Below are positions 1-16,769 of a stretch of 64,000 bases of DNA, piece by piece. The DNA is from the human T2T-CHM13v2.0 reference genome, Homo sapiens. Positions within the stretch are counted from its first letter, which is position 1. Each line of letters starts with the position of its first letter. The stretch is taken from assembly GCF_009914755.1 (NCBI RefSeq), contig NC_060925.1, one strand, 5' to 3'. The position numbers and the translations under genes are program-made. The notes under the pieces are model-generated. The model saw only the letters and a program-made list of their open reading frames with translations, was not told the DNA's origin and ran no database searches.

Positions 1-249
1 ATTGCTTGTGCATTGGTGCATACAAATTTAAGATTACCATGCCTTCTTGGTGGATTGACCCTTTCTATCATTATGTAATGCCCTACTTTGTCTCTACTAA
101 TTTTCTTTGCTTCTGAAGGCTGCTTTATTTGACATTAACATAGCCATTCCTATTTTATTTTGATTAATGTTTGGATGAATATATTTTTTCATGCAAAGCT
201 ACTTTAGTTAATTTTGAAGTGAATTTCTGCAGACATATATAATTGGTTT

Positions 250-765
250 ATTTTTTTGTTATTTTATTTTATTTATTTACTTTTTCTCAACTTTTAGGTT
301 CAGGGTACATGTGCAGGTTTGTTACATGGATAAATTGTGTGTTGCTGAGGTTTTGTGTATGAATAATCCCATCACCCAGGTAGTGAGCATTGTACGTGAT
401 AGGTAGTTTTCAACCCTCACCCTCCTCACAGCCTCCCTGCTCTAGTAGTCCTCAGTGCTCAGTGTCTATTGTTCCCATCTTTATGTCCATGTGCATGCAA
501 TGTTTAGCTCCCACTTATGAAGTGAGAACATGTGGTATTTGTATTTGGTTTTCTGTTCCTGCATTAATTCACTTAGGATAATGGCCTCCAGCTGCATCCA
601 TGTGTCTGCAAACAACATGATTTTGTTCTTTTTTAATGACTGCATAGTATTACATGGTATATATGTACAACATTTTATTTATCCAGTCCACTGTTGATGG
701 GCATCTAGATTGAGTTAATGTCTTTGCTATTGTGAATAGTGCTGCAATGAACATCACAGTGCATT
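250..765 (-). mobile_element. Older L1PA (about L1PA13-16) 3' end nested in the L1M
   Basis: poly-T tail followed by ttttaggttcagggtacatgtgcaggtttgttacatgg...atcccatcacccaggtagtgagcat, a typical antisense L1PA 3' UTR. Confidence 0.85.
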
Positions 766-2531
766 CACAATGCCAATTTTTGTCTTTTAATTAGTGTGTG
801 TAGACAGTTCACACTTAATTTAATTATTGATATAATCAGGCTTAGGTCTGCCATTTTATTTTATTTTATTTTTCTGTTGGTTCTCTTTCTCTTATTTGTT
901 TTGTTTTGTGCTTTTCTTTTTCCTGACTTCCTACAGGTTATTTAAACTTTTTTTATAATTCTATTTTTCTAAATTTTGATAGGGGTTTTGAGTGTATCCT
1001 TCTGTATAGGTTCTTAAAGTACGGCTATCGACATTACATTGTATCATATACATACATAATACATCACTGTTTACTGTTTTTTACATTTCATCAGTTCAAG
1101 AAAAGTGTAAAAATCCTTACCTCCCTTTACATCTCTACCATTCCCAAGTTATAATTACTTGAAATTCTTCTCCTACATACATTTAGAAACACATTAATGT
1201 TATCATTTTTGCTTCCAATGTCAAATATAGTTTAGAAAACTCAACAGGAGAAATAAAACATATCGTATTTACCAATATTTTTACTCTTTCTGTTGTTCTT
1301 TCTTTCTTCTTGATTTTCTAATATTTATTATTTTATCATTTTCTTTCTGTTTAAGAAACTTCTCTAGCCATTTTTAAAGTTAGGTCTGATGGAAACAAAT
1401 TCTCTTAGTTTTCCTTAATCTGCAGATACATTGACTTCTTCTTTCTTGAGGGATATCTTTGCTGGGTACAGAATTGTGAGTTTGCCGTTCTCTTCATTCA
1501 GCACTTGAAAAATGCTGTGCCACTTCTATCTGGCATCCATGATTTCTGATGACAAATCCATTTTCATTCAAGTCGTTTTTACAAACATATTTCTTTCTCA
1601 TTGCTTTCCAGATTTTTTCTTTCTTTTCAGTTCTTAGAAGTTTGAGCACAAAGTGTCCTGCTATATCTTTCTTTGTTTCTTTTTTTCTTTTCCTGTTTAC
1701 TCAACTCTTGATTATGTAGGTTGAGGTCTTTTGTCAAATTTAGGAACATTTATGTTATTACTTCTTCAAATATTTTTTCAGCTGGGCCTTATTTTTTTGT
1801 GACTCTGGATGACACAACCATTAGATTTTTGTTGTTATTGTTAGAGTTACACCAGTTTCCCAGGATGTGGCTTTGTTTTTCTGTTAAGATAGAGTAATTC
1901 ACATTTTCTGTCTTTAAATTCACTGATTCTTTCCTCTGTCCTCTTGATTCTTCTTTTGAGTTTATCCATTGAGCTTTTACATTTCAGATACTGTGTTTTT
2001 CAGTTCTAAAATTTCCATTTGGTTATTATTTACATCACCTATTTTCTTGTTGACACATTTTACCTTTAAAATTTTTTTCAAACATGCTCTTACATGCTCA
2101 TTTAAGCATTTTTATTATGACTGCTTTAAATCTTTGTTAGATAATTCTAACTTATCTGTCCCTCAATTTTGACACTTATTATCTTTTTCCAGTCAAGTTG
2201 ACATTTTTCTTTATTTTGGTTTGATGAGTGATTTTTGCATGAAACCTGGACATTTTTGATATTATACTATGGAATTCTGGATCTTATTTAAAAGTTCTAT
2301 TTTATCTGACTTCTTCTGACACTGCTCTGTCAGGGGCAAAAATGATGCTACTTCACCACTGCCAGATGGAGGAGAAATATGAGTTCCCCACTCAGCCTTC
2401 ATTAACACCAAGGTGGGGTTAGTGGGTATGGGTGGGAATTTTGGCTCCCCGCTAAGACTTCACTGATTCCATGATGCATATGAGGGAGAGAAGTGTCATA
2501 TTACTTCCCATGTGGTCACCATTAACACTGA

Positions 2532-2555
2532 GTGTGTGTGTGTGTGTGTGCGTGT
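2532..2555. repeat. (TG)n microsatellite
   Basis: visible TG run. Confidence 0.9.
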
Positions 2556-3229
2556 CTATGTGTGGTTGTGTTTGTTACCTCTGAGAGGTGATAAAAATCC
2601 TGACTTTCCACTAGTCATTCTCTGATACACCCCAGTATGTATGAGGAGGGGTGCCTTGTTACTGACAAGTAGAGTTTAAGTCCAGGCCTTCCAGATTATA
2701 TCCACTAAAACTGCAGGATGGGGAGAGCCCTTTTCTGCCCAGCATGATGAAAGTATCAACTCCCTACTCAGACTTCTCTGACACCAACCCAGTGGTGGGA
2801 TTGGGGCCTCTCTTTATATCCTGTTAAGAATGAAAATCTAGGTTCCCTACTTGGCCTTTGTTTGTGTGAGTAGAAGTGGTCACACGGTTTTCTCCAGTGT
2901 TTGAGTAAGTAGTGCAATTATTGTCTAAGAGGTTTTTATCTCACTGTGCGGCCCCTTTTCTAGACCCTATCTATAGAAAGAAAGCTTTTGATGAAGATAT
3001 ATTTTTTTTGTCTGCATCCATTGGCATTTGTAGCTTTCTAGCTTCTTCGGTTTCCAGTCTGGAATATATGATGCCAAAAAAAAACTCAAGGAACTCACCA
3101 TTGTCCAATTCCTTGGATCCTGAGGTCCCTAGCCAGTCTGTCTTCTTCTTTTCAGCTTTCAGTTTTCTTATGTTTGCTTCATAGATTATGTCCTGGGATT
3201 TAGTTGTACTTCATCTAATTTTATTTTAT

Positions 3230-4930
3230 TTTTCCCCTCTATTCACATGGAATTCAACACAAAATATAAAAAAATATATCTAACATAATGTAAGCATGTA
3301 TATAGAAAACCCTCAATAATCTGCAAAAAGTTACTAGAACTAATAAATGAATTTAGTATGGTTATAAGATATAAGGTCAATATACACAATTAATTATATT
3401 TATATATCCTGGCAACAAACAATTACAAAATAAGAATTTTAAATTCAGTTTACAAGTGGCATAGAAAAATATTAAGTACTTGGAAATAAGCTTCACAAAA
3501 TATGCTTTATACTATATAAGACATGCACACTGAAGCTATAAAACATAAATTAGAGAAAATAAAAAAAGAACTAAATAATACACAGATATATTCCATATTC
3601 CTAGATTGAACAAAATTAATGTTATTAAGATCTCAACTCTCATCAATTTATTACTTAGCTACAATTCAATATTAATCAAACCCCAGACTGTTTTTGGTAG
3701 AAATTGACAAAATAATTTCAAAACATATTTGGAAATGTCTACAATCCAGAATAGCCATAACCATTTTTGAAGAGTGGTTGCAAGAATTACACTACGTAAT
3801 TTCAAGACTTACTACCAGAAAGCTACAATAATCAAGACAGTATAGTATTGGCAAATAAATATATATGTGAATCAATGGAATAGAAAATAGAGTCCAGAAA
3901 CAGACTTATACAAACACACAAACATACACACACACACACATACATATATGACCAACTGACTTTAATAAAGACATATGTGATCATTTGGTTTTTAAAGCAA
4001 TTCAATAGGGAAATGACAGTAATTTCAACAAACAGTGCTGAAACAACTAGATATCCATATGGAAAAATAATGTGCCATGATATTTACCTCATACTGTATT
4101 TATAAATTAACTCAAAATGAATCATAGACCTAAATGTTAAAGTGATAAACTTCTAAATGAAGACATTTATAAAATCTTTGTGACCTTGGGTTAGGCAAAA
4201 TTCCGAAAAGTACAATTTATACTCTCTTGAGTACAAGATGGGAAGGGGTATTACACTTGTGTGTGTCTGACAGCTATCACTAATTGTAGGCTGAACCAAT
4301 TCAAATTGGAATCTTTGATTAATAAACTGACCAATCAATTACCTGGGGTACTTAAAATAAGTATCATCATTTTGGTGAAGGCTTAGGTTTAATTTAAGGA
4401 CTGATCATCAGTGAAACCAAGGAAATAAAAATATAATTTAACTATTAACTCCAAGAAAAAGTTTTGATTTGTGCAACACAGAAAAAGTAATTTTAATTTT
4501 ATACATGGTTCAGATATGAACAATAATTGTATGGCCATGTAAAATTGGCTATTTACTTAAAACTGTTCAGAACTATGCATCATAGGAGAATGCAAATAGA
4601 ATAAATGTAGGATAGGTGGGACAGGTTGTAAAAGAGCTAAAATGTTATCTTCAGTAGTAAAGTCAAAAAATAATGTCTAAAGTGAAGAAAAAGATAGAAA
4701 AGCAATATAAGCATGTTATTAGAAGTAAGAAGCTGAATATAAAATAGAGAATAAAACTGCAAAATACATTAAAATTTAGGTGAGGAGTTAATCTGGGGAA
4801 TAAATTGAGGGTAACAGTAGCCTGAGAGTGGTATTGAAGACCAAAGGGACATGAAGCATGAGCTTCTGCTTTAAAATATTCGTTCAAAATATTTACTTTT
4901 AGATGCAATAAATAGGTCTTCTTTGATAAA
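3230..4930 (+). mobile_element. Old L1M ORF2 3' half plus L1MC4-like 3' UTR with internal deletion
   Basis: tatagaaaaccc...ttactagaactaataaatgaatttagt and aaagctacaataatcaagacagtatagtattgg match L1 ORF2; similarity jumps to 3' UTR-like sequence after ~4205. Confidence 0.75.
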
Positions 4931-5264
4931 AATGAACATCGCATTTAGAAAAATGGAAAGGGAATATGGTAGAGACGGAGGAAGGAAGATAGAAAAGAGA
5001 CAGAGCACTACAGTAAGTTGCGTTATTGTACAGATAATGACTGTAACCTTGCAGGATAAATGAACTAAAACTAGCTAAATGTTATGCAAATGAATATTTA
5101 TTACTTGAGATGAAAATTGAGCCGACAGCCTCTTAAACTTGTAAAATAATCTCAAATGATTTAGGCAAAAATGAAGATGCTTGTTACCTGATTTCATATG
5201 TCACTATTGATAATCGAGATTAGAATATAAGATGCACAGAAAGAAAGGAATTGTCATGGCTAAG

Positions 5265-5445
5265 ACTTACTTGGCACTTACTATATGCCATGCAATTGTT
5301 CTAAATATGTATTTTTAAGAGCTAAATCATGACTCAATTTTATGATAGTAACTATTATTATCACCATTTTACAGGTGAGGAAAGTTGTTCAAAGTCACAA
5401 CTATTAAGAGACAGAGTTAGGATTCAATGCCAGGCAGTCTGATAT
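5265..5445 (-). mobile_element. MIR SINE
   Basis: core attatcaccattttacaggtgaggaaa and ggattcaatgccaggcagtctga. Confidence 0.8.
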
Positions 5446-6455
5446 TCCATGAAGATCAAATGCAACAAAGCCATATTTCTGATGTTGCTTATTATTTTGC
5501 CTAATACATTGTAATATAGGTGATTATATTAATTGATGAATGAAATAATAAAAGTAAACTTTTGATTATATATTCAAGTTTACATATTCGAGTAAATTAA
5601 AAGATATTTTGGTTGATGGAGGGTAGGGAATATTATTATTGGGAAAATCAGAGGTAATTTTTATCCAGCTATGCTATATTTTATGTCATGTCTGTTAATT
5701 TAGGAAACTTTTCCTGGCCAACAGCACAAGTTACACATTTTACATTATATGCTTTCATAGCATTCCATATTTTTCCTTTACAACAACTTGCTATAATTCA
5801 AATTTAAAATTACATCATAAATGTCTGTATAATTTCTTAAATAATAGGTTTCACACTGATGGGTGCCTTATCTTTTTTCACTGATATGCTCCCTGGTATC
5901 CATCACAGTGATGTCACATGACATATACTAAATATTTGCTAAATAAATGAATGAAAAAATACCCATTACATGAATGCAATGACATATTCATCAATTCTCT
6001 ATGAGATTTAAATTATTTTCCTTTTTTCTTTTTGCTATTATAAACACAATACCTAAAGGAATAGCCTTATACATATATTTTTTACATTTATCTGATTTTT
6101 TTCCTTATATGGATATCTAAATGTGAAATTCATGGGTAAAATTATGTGCACTTTACCAGACTGCCCTTTATATTTTCTATAAATTCATGCTTCCTTTCAT
6201 GGTATATGCATTGGTTAAGGCAATGTAAGGTGCTTAAACTGATAAGCCCAAATCTTAGTGGCCTAAGAAAAAAGAAATTTATTTCTTAATCATATAAACT
6301 TCATTTGGTGGTGAATTGCATAGTGGGACCCATGCAGTCAGTGAGAGACCCAAGTGGATAGAGCCTGGCAACTTCCATATATGGCATCAAAGTCTCCCCG
6401 AATTTCTAAATCCAGCCAACAGGGAAGGAAAAAGCGGATAGTATATGTACGTGTA

Positions 6456-6824
6456 CAATATGGTCTGGCTGTGTCCCCACCCAAATCTCATATTGAATTA
6501 TAGTTCCCATAATCCCCACATGTCATGGGAGGGACCCAGTGGGAGGTAATTTAATCATGGGGGTGGTTACTTTCATGCTGTTCTCATGATAGTGAGTTAT
6601 CACAGGATCTGATGGTTTTATGAGGGGCTTTTTCCCCTTTAGCTCAGCACTTCTCCTTACTGCCACATGTAAAGAAGGACGTGTTTGCTTCCCTTTCCAT
6701 CATGATTGTAAGTTTCCTGAGGCTTCCCCAGCCATGCTGAACTGTGAGTCAATTAAACCTCTTTCCTTTATAAATTACCCAGTCGGGTATGTCTTTATTA
6801 GCAGCATGAAAATGGACTAATACA
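6456..6824 (+). mobile_element. THE1 (THE1C/D-like) MaLR solo LTR within an older MLT1-like LTR
   Basis: atatggtctggctgtgtccccacccaaatctcat ... aattaaacctctttcc ... ggactaataca. Confidence 0.92.
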
Positions 6825-7121
6825 ATGTGGGAGGGATGGAGTGGGTGGAGGGCAGGGGATGTTATATATCACTTCCGCCACGTGTCATTATTCAAAACAT
6901 CTATGTGCAAATAGAGAAACATGGCCCTGCTGTTGACTTAGAAGAAAAGGATCATCTGCAGTAAAAAGCTAGCTGCTATCTACCAGCGTATAAAGAGCCT
7001 ATTCTGTACCTTGCCAAAACAGAATTCAATCACGCCTTATAACCTTTGCCAATCTGAGAGGGTAAAAGATTACCTGTCTTACTTCAATTTACAGTTTTAA
7101 AAATCTCTAGTAAGATTAAAC

Positions 7122-7168
<47 letters not shown>

Positions 7169-7185
7169 ATCTATCATCTATCTAT
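7122..7185. repeat. (TCTA)n tetranucleotide STR
   Basis: about 11 perfect TCTA units followed by interrupted units. Confidence 0.95.
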
Positions 7186-8120
7186 GTTCTTTTTATATCA
7201 TATTTAGTAATTACCTGCTAATGTCTTTTTACCACATTTTTATTAGGCAGCCTTTATTCTTAACCTCTTAACATGTGCCTTATGCATAGTTTTGGATTGA
7301 AATTTAAATTAGTCTGATTCCAAAGCCCGTTTCTTTTAGTGCCATTATAACTCAATAGAAATGGAATACTTATTTCCAAGGCCTATATCCTTGAGTATTG
7401 TTGGCTGAAAGCATAAATTCTAGAAACAATATAAAATTGTAGATCTTGAAAAAAATTGGGTGATCCATACATTTAGCTGCAAACCAAAGACTTCAGAGTG
7501 CCAAGAGTCAAGGCAAAATAACTCATATTAATCAATGAGTTCAAAGAGAAATTAAAATTAAGTAAGAAAATGAGTGGAGAGTTCAAAGCCAGGGATGGTA
7601 ATGGCAGAGGAATGAGTTTGAAGGAGAAATGAGCTGGGTCCTGAACTATAATAACAAGTGGGGCTGACTTGGCTTTTTGTGTTTTTATTGGCAGTATGCG
7701 ATTTAATTTATAAATTTGATTATGTACATATTTTCAAATTATGTATTATATAAAATAATAGTATGATTTACATATATGGCTTTTTCCATGCTTACATTTT
7801 GTGAAACAATTTTATTAGAACTCTTTACATGCATATTTGACCTAAATGTCTTTATAATTACAAGAGCCACTTTTTCTCTTTTCCTAATTTTTCTTTAAAT
7901 AATTAATACTCCAACACCCCCCCTCCCAGCAGCATTTTTATGTCAGTTCTGGTTTAGAAGTTTTGCATACTATTTCTACAATTTTAGTGGTTCCCTCTAT
8001 ACAGGTATATTTAAAATTCTAAAGCTAATCTGTCCTTCCCTTCTCTATGTATCAGTTAAGTTTATGCTTGGGTGCATATGAGAGAAAACCCAAACTAGCA
8101 GCAGTTTAAACACAAGGGTT

Positions 8121-8492
8121 TATATCTCTGCCCGTTTTCACACAACTATAAAGAAATACCTGAGACTAGGGAATTTATAAAGGATAGAGGTTTAATTGAC
8201 TCACAGTTCCACATAGCTCAGGGAGGCCTCAGGAAACTTACAATCATGACAGAAGGTGAAGGGGGAGCAAGGACCTTCTCACAGGAGAGAGAAGAGTGAG
8301 AGCGAAGGGAAGAGCCCCTTATAAAACCATCAGATCTTCTGGGAACTCACTCACCAACATAAGAACAGCATGGGCGGAACCGCCCCCATGATCCAGTCAC
8401 CTTCCACCAGGTCTCTCCCTAGACACATGAGGGTTATGGGGATTACAATTCAAGTTGAGATTTGGGTGAGGATACAAAGCCTAACCATATCA
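8121..8492 (-). mobile_element. THE1D/MSTA-like MaLR solo LTR
   Basis: gaggtttaattgactcacagttccaca, ggaaacttacaatcatg, ends in ctaaccatatca. Confidence 0.9.
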
Positions 8493-8883
8493 ATCTGTCT
8501 CATGAAATAATTTTGGAAGTGGTCCTTATAGAGCTGATGTGGAAGATTCATGGTTACTGAGTACCCAGACTATTTTTTTTTATTCTGTCCCGTCTTCCTA
8601 GGGTATAATTTCCACCTTTAAGATCAGTTTATCACCCAATGTGGCTGCTGGGACTCGAGCTATTATACCAACATTCTATGAATAAGGAGGAGGAGGTGAA
8701 GGCAAAAAAGTGATTTTCCATACAACTGAATCATATCCCCTTAAGAAACCTTTATGAATATTTCACACAAAATATTCATTTCTCATTGACAAGGTATTAA
8801 TTTATAAGTTCACCCAGCCGTAAGAGGCCAGTAGGAAATATGAAACTTTGGTCATGTTGCCAATCTCAACATATTTTATTTAA

Positions 8884-11632
<2,749 letters not shown>

Positions 11633-11760
11633 AAATGGAAAAATGGATATGAAGTAAGCAACTAGGAGTCTTTGTAGCTATATCTTCCCAAATAAGACAA
11701 GGAACTTAAGGTCATCTTCTATTTAAATTCTTCTCTTCTGTTTCATGTATTATGACTTGT

Positions 11761-12068
11761 ATTTTATTTATTTATTTATTTATTGAGACAGAGTTTCACT
11801 CTTTTTGTCTAGGCTATAGTGCAGTGGCGTGATCTTGGCTCACTGTAACGTCCAGTTCCTGGGTTCAAGCGATTCTCCTGCCTCACCCTTCTGAGTAGCT
11901 GGGACTACAGGAACCCGCCACCATGCCCAGATATTTTTTGTATTTTTTGGTAGACACAGGTTTTCACCATGCTTGCCAGGATGGTCTTGAACTCCTGACC
12001 TCAGGTGACCCGCCCACCTCGGCCTCCCAAAGTGCTGGGATTACAGGTGTGAGCCACTGCGCCCGGCC
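11761..12068 (-). mobile_element. AluS (Sq/Sx-like), full length
   Basis: (TTTA)n tail, both arms, ends gcgcccggcc. Confidence 0.95.
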
Positions 12069-12069
12069 G

Positions 12070-13200
12070 CATTTTACTTTTTTCTAGTCTTTTCCCATTC
12101 TCTTTATTCTCCTTTTCTGGAATTCTTAATTAACTCATTTATGTTGCAGCTTCCTTTTCTTCCCTCCATGTTTCTTAATATGTCCTTCGTATTTTGTGTA
12201 TTTTCTTCTATTTCTGATACTTTCTCAGATCTATTTTCAGATTGACTAATTCAACTGTCTATAGTTCAATTAATTTTTAATTTTAATTATTTTAATTTTT
12301 ATTTCTAGAATTTTAATTTTGCTTTTCTAACCTACTTGTGCTTTTGTTTCATTGACTTATTCTTGTCTGTAGGACTTGCCTCATTCTTTTTTCGGAAAAC
12401 ATTTTTAATTGTCCAATAGTTTTAAGCTTATGGAAAAATTGTAAAGATAGTACAAAGAGGTCCTCTATATCCCTAAGCCAGTTTCCTCTATTGATCACAT
12501 CTTTCCTTCTTAATATATTTGAACATAATTGAAATATTTACTTTGAGGCCCCTTTCTATGTATTTTATTATTTCCAGATACCTGGGTTAAAGTTCTTTCC
12601 ACATATTTGATTTGCTAATTCTCATTTATGGCAGTATGTTTCCTCATATTCTTTACCATTTTTATAAACCATAAACTATTTTTCACTGATAATTTTCTTG
12701 ATCAGTTTTCACAAATGTGCTTCGGGTTATGGAAATATAATTATGGATGGATTTTTACTTGATTCTACCTGGTATAATGGATTTTCTAGGCTTTATATGT
12801 TTCTTCAGTGATTTCTCAGATGGGATTTTATCTAGTATGAATAGTATACATTCGGACTTTTCATCCATACACTGCATAGGTTTGGGGTTCTGAAATTTAA
12901 TAGGTGATTCATTTTTCATTCACAGGTTAAGTTTCCAGACATCTGAACAGGTAAATGGAATTTTTCTAGATATAAACACTCACATGGGACAATTCATTAC
13001 TAGCACACAGAAGAAAGCCAGACTCAACTTCACATTGTGCATGAGAGCCTATAAGTTTATAAAGATGTTGAAATCCCAGCTCCTAGTTTTAGATACCCAA
13101 TATTATTCATATATTTTGAATTTATTGTTTATAGTCTATCTATACTTTCTACTTTTCATATGGAGTTGGAAGGTAGTTGAAAAGGGTTAGCCCACCTTTG
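12070..13200 (-). mobile_element. Highly degenerate old L1M/HAL1-like sequence
   Basis: T-rich antisense ORF1-like texture (ttttatttctagaatttt, tctcagatctattttcagattgactaatt). Confidence 0.4.
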
Positions 13201-14034
13201 TCTGCTCCATGATATTAACTGGATTTTGAATCTGTTTATTAGCTTAGAGATGACTCTTATTAACATCAGAGTATAATTTGGGCAACATGCTAAAAGAGAA
13301 AATCAGAGTTCTTCTGAATTCCAGAATATTGAAAACATAAATGAAGATAAATGAAGTGTGATTCAACATTGCAAATTCAGAGCATGGAAATAGAGTGGTT
13401 GGTTAGCATGTGACTAAAAAGATTCTGAGATTTAGCAGCTAATTTAGCCATTAGGAATAGATGTCTATTGCTAGACTATTAGTTCATAGAAATAATGATG
13501 GACTTTGCATTTTTCCCTGCTTTATCCTCAGCACCTAGTATGTTGTTCAATACGTGCTCAGTAAGCATCTTTTGACATTTCTAAGCAATTGTCTTAATTC
13601 ACGCCCCATTCATCAACTCATTTAGAATTCGACTATCCCATCCACCAGTTTTGGCCCTCATTTCCTCATCTCTATACTTTATTCTATAGATCAGCTCCAA
13701 GCTGTTATCTTCCTGGCTATAGCATTAGCTCTTCTCTACAAATAATTTCTGACTTTCTACCGGCAATGCTGCTAGATTTAGCCATATCTGATAATTCCAG
13801 GTCTTCAATATGGCCTCAGGGATCCTTCTTCCTGGTGTTGCCTTTTTAGACAATCCTTTAATCATCTACATTATATTGACTCAAAACTACAGAAATCAAG
13901 AGTAAATATTCCTTTCATATTCAAATCAAATGAGAGCCAAAGCATAAAACAATATTCTAGTTTCACTAATGTGGGAAGGTGAAAGCATTTTGGAGGCCTT
14001 GCCCAAGTGTACAAGTAAAAATAATATTAGATAT

Positions 14035-14410
14035 GTTAACAATTAGAGCTCAGTTGCAAATAACAGAGACCACTCTATTTTAAACAGAAAGTTATTCAAT
14101 ACTTTAAAGTAGGAGCTTAAGACGTTGTTGAAAAGGCAGGACTACAGGAATGATTCTCCAAAATCACTCTAAAATTTGCCTTCCATAAGAACTGTTACCT
14201 CTTCTATTATCAGGAATCTGGAATATCAGGAATCCACTAGGCCAACTGCTGGTACCAGGATCTCACTACATTATCCTTCATGCAGGCACCTGAGGGTTTC
14301 CATAGCAACGTCGACACTAAAAACACATCACTTAAGCTGTAATTTCGTGTTAAGGGAGATGCTGCCAGAACTGCTGGCTCCTAAGTCACACTGTACCTGC
14401 CGGTTCCATA
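14035..14410 (-). mobile_element. Old MLT1-like LTR fragment
   Basis: cagttgcaaataacagagaccactct start typical of MLT1L/N LTRs. Confidence 0.45.
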
Positions 14411-14411
14411 C

Positions 14412-14800
14412 CTTGGAGTCAGGCAGACCTAGGTTTGACTGCTGGTTCTCTTATACATTAGCTATGCAAACATGAAAATATTGTTTTACATCTCTAAGCC
14501 TCCATTTCTCAATTTGTAAAAATGTAAATAATAATAATTCATAGACTTTTTGTGAAAATGAATGAGCTCCTGAGTACAGTATGTGACATATAATAGACAC
14601 ACCAAAAATACTAGTGACTTTTCTAAATTTGACTATGCCTTTAAATTGTTCTGTGACCCTGAGTGAATTAGTCTACATGTGCTCATATTAACTTCCTCAT
14701 CCACAAAATGCATTTGATATTTTCTTGCTGTTTCCTCTGAATTATTGTGAGAATCTGGCAAGATGGTTATAGAAAAAGTACAAAGAACTATGGAGTATTA
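14412..14800 (+). mobile_element. Two adjacent MIR-family SINEs
   Basis: ttggagtcaggcagacctaggtt ... aagcctccatttctcaatttgtaaaaatg; second core tgtgaccctgag...ttcctcatccacaaaatg. Confidence 0.75.
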
Positions 14801-16063
14801 GGTAATATTATTTTTTATAGGCTGTTGCAATGGAGTTGACCAACCAGGTCAGTCAGGATATAGTCATATCCTTTATAAAATCATTTCCTATTTTTTCTCT
14901 CACTGATAATATATAAAGTCAGTCAAAATTGTTCATGAATTTATTATATATATGGGTTTGCACCTAGAAAAACAGATGACAAAGTAGTAAGAAAATGATA
15001 TCTATGAAGAAAGCTTAAATAAATGAGAATTATTTATCCTGTAAAGATGATTTGCAATGAGTTTTTAAGTGTAGAAACAGGGTTTTGCTTTCAGAATACC
15101 CAATATATGAAAACTGATGTTTACAAACCCAAATGAGGGGATAATCAATCACTCCACAAGAAGATTCCTCACCTCTCAAACAGATTCTCTTTTATGCAGA
15201 GAAGATTCCAAATAGAAATCAATTAAATTTATAAAATTTAATTTGTCCAAAACGTTTCAGAAAAAGGAGATCCATCTGTCTAAATGTCTCTTACACTATG
15301 GATGATCACCATCTGCTTTCTAATCCCCACTGGGCAGCAAAGAAGAGATTGAATTCTAAAATGTGAGACTTAAATTGATCAAAGGAAGAATTTCATATCT
15401 ATGTAGGCTTTTTAATCATAAGCATCCATTAATAAAGGCAAGTTATGTACCTTACCATATGTCTTCCAAACAAGATGACCTCAGTTTTCTCCAGGATAGT
15501 GGATTAAGAGTGTGCCTATCTGAAGACTGAGGTGGATGAGATGACCTTTAAGGCCTTGCAAGCCCTAAGAGGCCATGACTTTTTGGAGTGCAGATAATAT
15601 TCGGAGCTGTTTGTGAAAAGCATTAGGAGAGATCTTGCCATATGGAATAGATTCACAATTTGAGGTTGCATGTAGAAGAGAGAGTAAATATAGAGGCAGC
15701 TGAAGGGCTGGAAGACATCTCTTCAGCAATATGCTTTCTGAAATCCAGGACACCTGTTTTGCCAAGTTGGGTCAGAAACCTGGAAAGAATATACTTTCTT
15801 GTGAAGATTTTCCTGGAGATTTTCATGACTTCTTGTCTTCACGTTTAGCACAGCCTAACAAGCATACAAAGGTAGAGAGCCACAGAGCAGAAATGAAAAG
15901 CCTAAGGAACATTTTAGAAGGGTCTCAAGTTAATAGTTCAACTAAAATTCGACTTGGTTCATTTGTTTGTTTGGTCATTTGGTTTAGCTTGATGAGATGA
16001 TATGTTTAAGATAATTGATCTTTCCCTCCTGAAAACATGCTCTTAGCATTATATTTATACCTC

Positions 16064-16268
16064 TAGTAGTATGCTGGTAAATATTTAGCGACTGGCTCTC
16101 TGAAAGAAAACAAACTTTTTAAAGCTCTGATTTGTAGCATTTGCCAATTTCTATGGTGTAAATTCTTCGACCATGGGCAATTTCAGACTAGCAAAGGATA
16201 GCAGTTAGGGCAAAAGTGTGAAGAGTTAGACATTATTAGTCTTCATGATCCAACTCCAGCACACATAT
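16064..16268 (+). mobile_element. MER63-like hAT DNA transposon fossil
   Basis: tagtagtatgctggtaaatattta ... tttgtagcatttgccaatttctatggtgtaaat ... ccagcacac; related copy at 33570-33757. Confidence 0.7.
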
Positions 16269-16769
16269 TCATCTTCCTTAAGACATTTGCCACTCTCGTT
16301 ATTGGATTGTAGACTCATACATCCCTTACCTTGTCTGTTTCATTGTAAACATAAGTCCCTGGTTCTTAGGTGCTTTGTTTGATTCCTCCAGCACTCCTAC
16401 CATGATGCCTGGCACTTGTCTAGTGCTTAACTAATGTCTATGGAGAGAATGACTGACTGACTGAATGAGCTTTTAAATTCTTAATTAGACTGAAGTCCAA
16501 TGACAAATAGTAAAATCTTATTTTATTATCATTTTTTGAATTTTGGTTGTGTTGAAATATGGCTAAGGGGTCTTAGCCAATTCTTGTCTACTTTCTTGTT
16601 ATCCATATCCCAATATTTTTTAGGAATTGCACAGCAGTATAACCCAGAAATGTGGCTCCTTCCCAGGTCAATAGCCAATAACAATATTTTAGAGTTTTTT
16701 TTCCTTTTGTTTGTGTTTTTTTTTTTTTTTTACAGAGGGCATGCGATCCAATTTTGTCTACAATATGCA

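Larger units (their letters stand above)
1..3210 (-). mobile_element. Old L1M (L1MC4-like) 5' region/ORF1/start of ORF2, degenerate, interrupted by an L1PA fragment
   Basis: T-rich antisense L1 texture; 3100-3210 resembles the reverse complement of the L1MC4-type 5' end; runs off the left edge of the window. Confidence 0.65.
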
